NCBI GenBank assembly: GCA_043228905.1
Contig: JBHGNT010000006.1
Coordinates: forward strand, 22,010,001 to 22,074,000
Source of the DNA: Azolla caroliniana
Lineage: Eukaryota; Plantae; Polypodiophyta
Length of the DNA stretch: 64,000 nt
Direction: 5' to 3'
Shown here: piece by piece, positions 62,765-64,000 of the stretch
Position numbering within the stretch: position 1 is the stretch's first letter
Layout: every line of letters begins with the position of its first letter
Notes under the pieces: model-generated
Database searches by the model: none
The model's input: only the letters and a program-made list of their open reading frames with translations
What the model was told of the DNA's origin: nothing
Made by a program: the position numbers and the translations under genes

Positions 62765-63232
62765 TGTTGAGAATCAAGCTCAACATAGAGCAACGTGTGA
62801 ACACACCTTTTGAGAATCTATGATTACTCAAAGGTCAAGAGTCCCACCACCACTCTCTACACATTAAACTATGTGTCATAGATTCATATTCTATGACACA
62901 TAACTAATGGTTCCACATTCCCCATGACCGTAAGACTTCACATTCCTCAAGTCTCTAGTGAGAGAGTGAACGTTGTAGTGAGTAAATGAAGAGAGAGGGT
63001 GACTCTATATAAAGCACCCTCCTCCTACTCCATATTAAGTCGGTTGTGACTCCTTGTAACGTTATTTTGTATCTCATATTCTACTTGTTAATATACATCT
63101 CCTTCTTCTTCTTGAGTACTTCATATTGTCTCTTATCTATCTTGTGTTTCTCTCCTCTCCTCTCTTCTCTCACGCATATCCACATAACTCACATCTCTTC
63201 CGCTTCACAAGAATCATATCCGATTCTTTACA
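62765..63232. mobile_element. Solo LTR, probably Copia
   Basis: tgttgaga...tttaca termini; TSD gtccg/atccg; host gag frame RNNTRDGQMLYS restored on removal. Confidence 0.75.
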
Positions 63233-63702
63233 ATCCGTCACGCGTGTTGTTCCTTTGACGCACATGATTCTCCTCGACAAGCAATAACGATTGGAGATAA
63301 AAAAAAAGGAAGGATGATTCTCTCTCGCAAGGATGGCCGATCTAATCGAGCAAAATCGAGGTGCTAAGCCACTGAGGCATATTTGCACCATCTCGTCATC
63401 ATCAATGATGATATTGATCGAACTGAGGGCGTCACATAGTTCCTTGATCTTCCAGGTGTAACTTGTAATCGACATATCCCTTTGTTGCAGATTGTTTAGC
63501 TCCTGTCGAAGTTGGAGCTTTCGTGCAGCCATATTGGCCGCAAAGATTTTCTTGAGGTTTTCCCACACTTGTTTCAACGTTTTTGCCTCTCTGATATATC
63601 CCATCATATGATCATGTACGCATGAGGCCAAGCAATACAACACATGGCATGCGGCCTACTCCCAAGCGGGATAGTCAGCATGTGTTGAGTTGGGTTGTAT
63701 TT

Positions 63703-64000
63703 TGTTACCCGGTCGGCAAAGGAGTTAAAGACCAGAATATGAAAGGGATTATTTATTCGGAATCTATTTTAATTAAGTAGTTTATGAGATGTGAACGGAC
63801 GGACCAAAATCGGTATGCCGATCCGAATCTGGACCAGTTCCGAACAGGTGCCGGTTGGCACCGTCTTGTACTCAGCACCGGTGACCTATATAAAAGCCTG
63901 GTTACAGTGTAAAAATTTGACAAATAATTAATAGAGCTTCTTGTTTTATCTTTAAGTGTTGATTATCGTTCTGTACTAATTGTTCTATTGTACGCGTGTA
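63703..64000 (+). mobile_element. Start of an LTR of the same Gypsy family as 714-1147
   Basis: tgttacccggtcggcaaaggagt and cgaacaggtg..ggcaccgt match the reverse complement of 990-1147. Confidence 0.8.

Larger units (their letters stand above)
50906..63702 (-). mobile_element. Truncated Copia family D copy (gag to pre-integrase) hosting three insertions; pieces 50906-51561, 62725-62764, 63233-63702
   Basis: Homologous to 16130-17630 (LWHKRIDQINPQKLQNM; RKLQLRQELNNLQQRDMSI); frames rejoin across TSDs. Confidence 0.8.

Overview
This is AT-rich nuclear DNA from a plant, probably a non-seed land plant (inferred from the plastid fragments and retroelement types). I found no host protein-coding gene. 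The backbone is a ~1-kb-period tandem array built from tRNA-Thr sequence. It holds 11 full-length copies that strictly alternate between CGT-type and AGT-type, and it runs 3617-50905 once insertions are removed. The array is split by a pile of nested transposons, almost all with readable target-site duplications (TSDs). These are: a hAT DNA transposon (5179-14125) containing a short-LTR Gypsy, which in turn holds a solo LTR; a degenerate Gypsy relic present twice, containing two Copia elements; a Gypsy (30664-47362) with a likely -1 frameshift pseudoknot; a solo LTR carrying chimeric plastid DNA (16S + petA); and a nest of Tnt1/Tork-like Copia elements, one with apparently identical LTRs. The most unusual object is a Gypsy at 36521-46525, nested in the frameshift element. 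It has a normal tRNA-Arg primer-binding site (PBS) at its 5' LTR. In place of a polypurine tract (PPT) at its 3' LTR it has a second, oppositely oriented ~18-nt tRNA-Arg match, which suggests tRNA priming of both DNA strands. It also carries a ~1000-aa extra ORF. All boundaries were read by eye and tRNA identities are from recalled plant sequences; no database searches were run.
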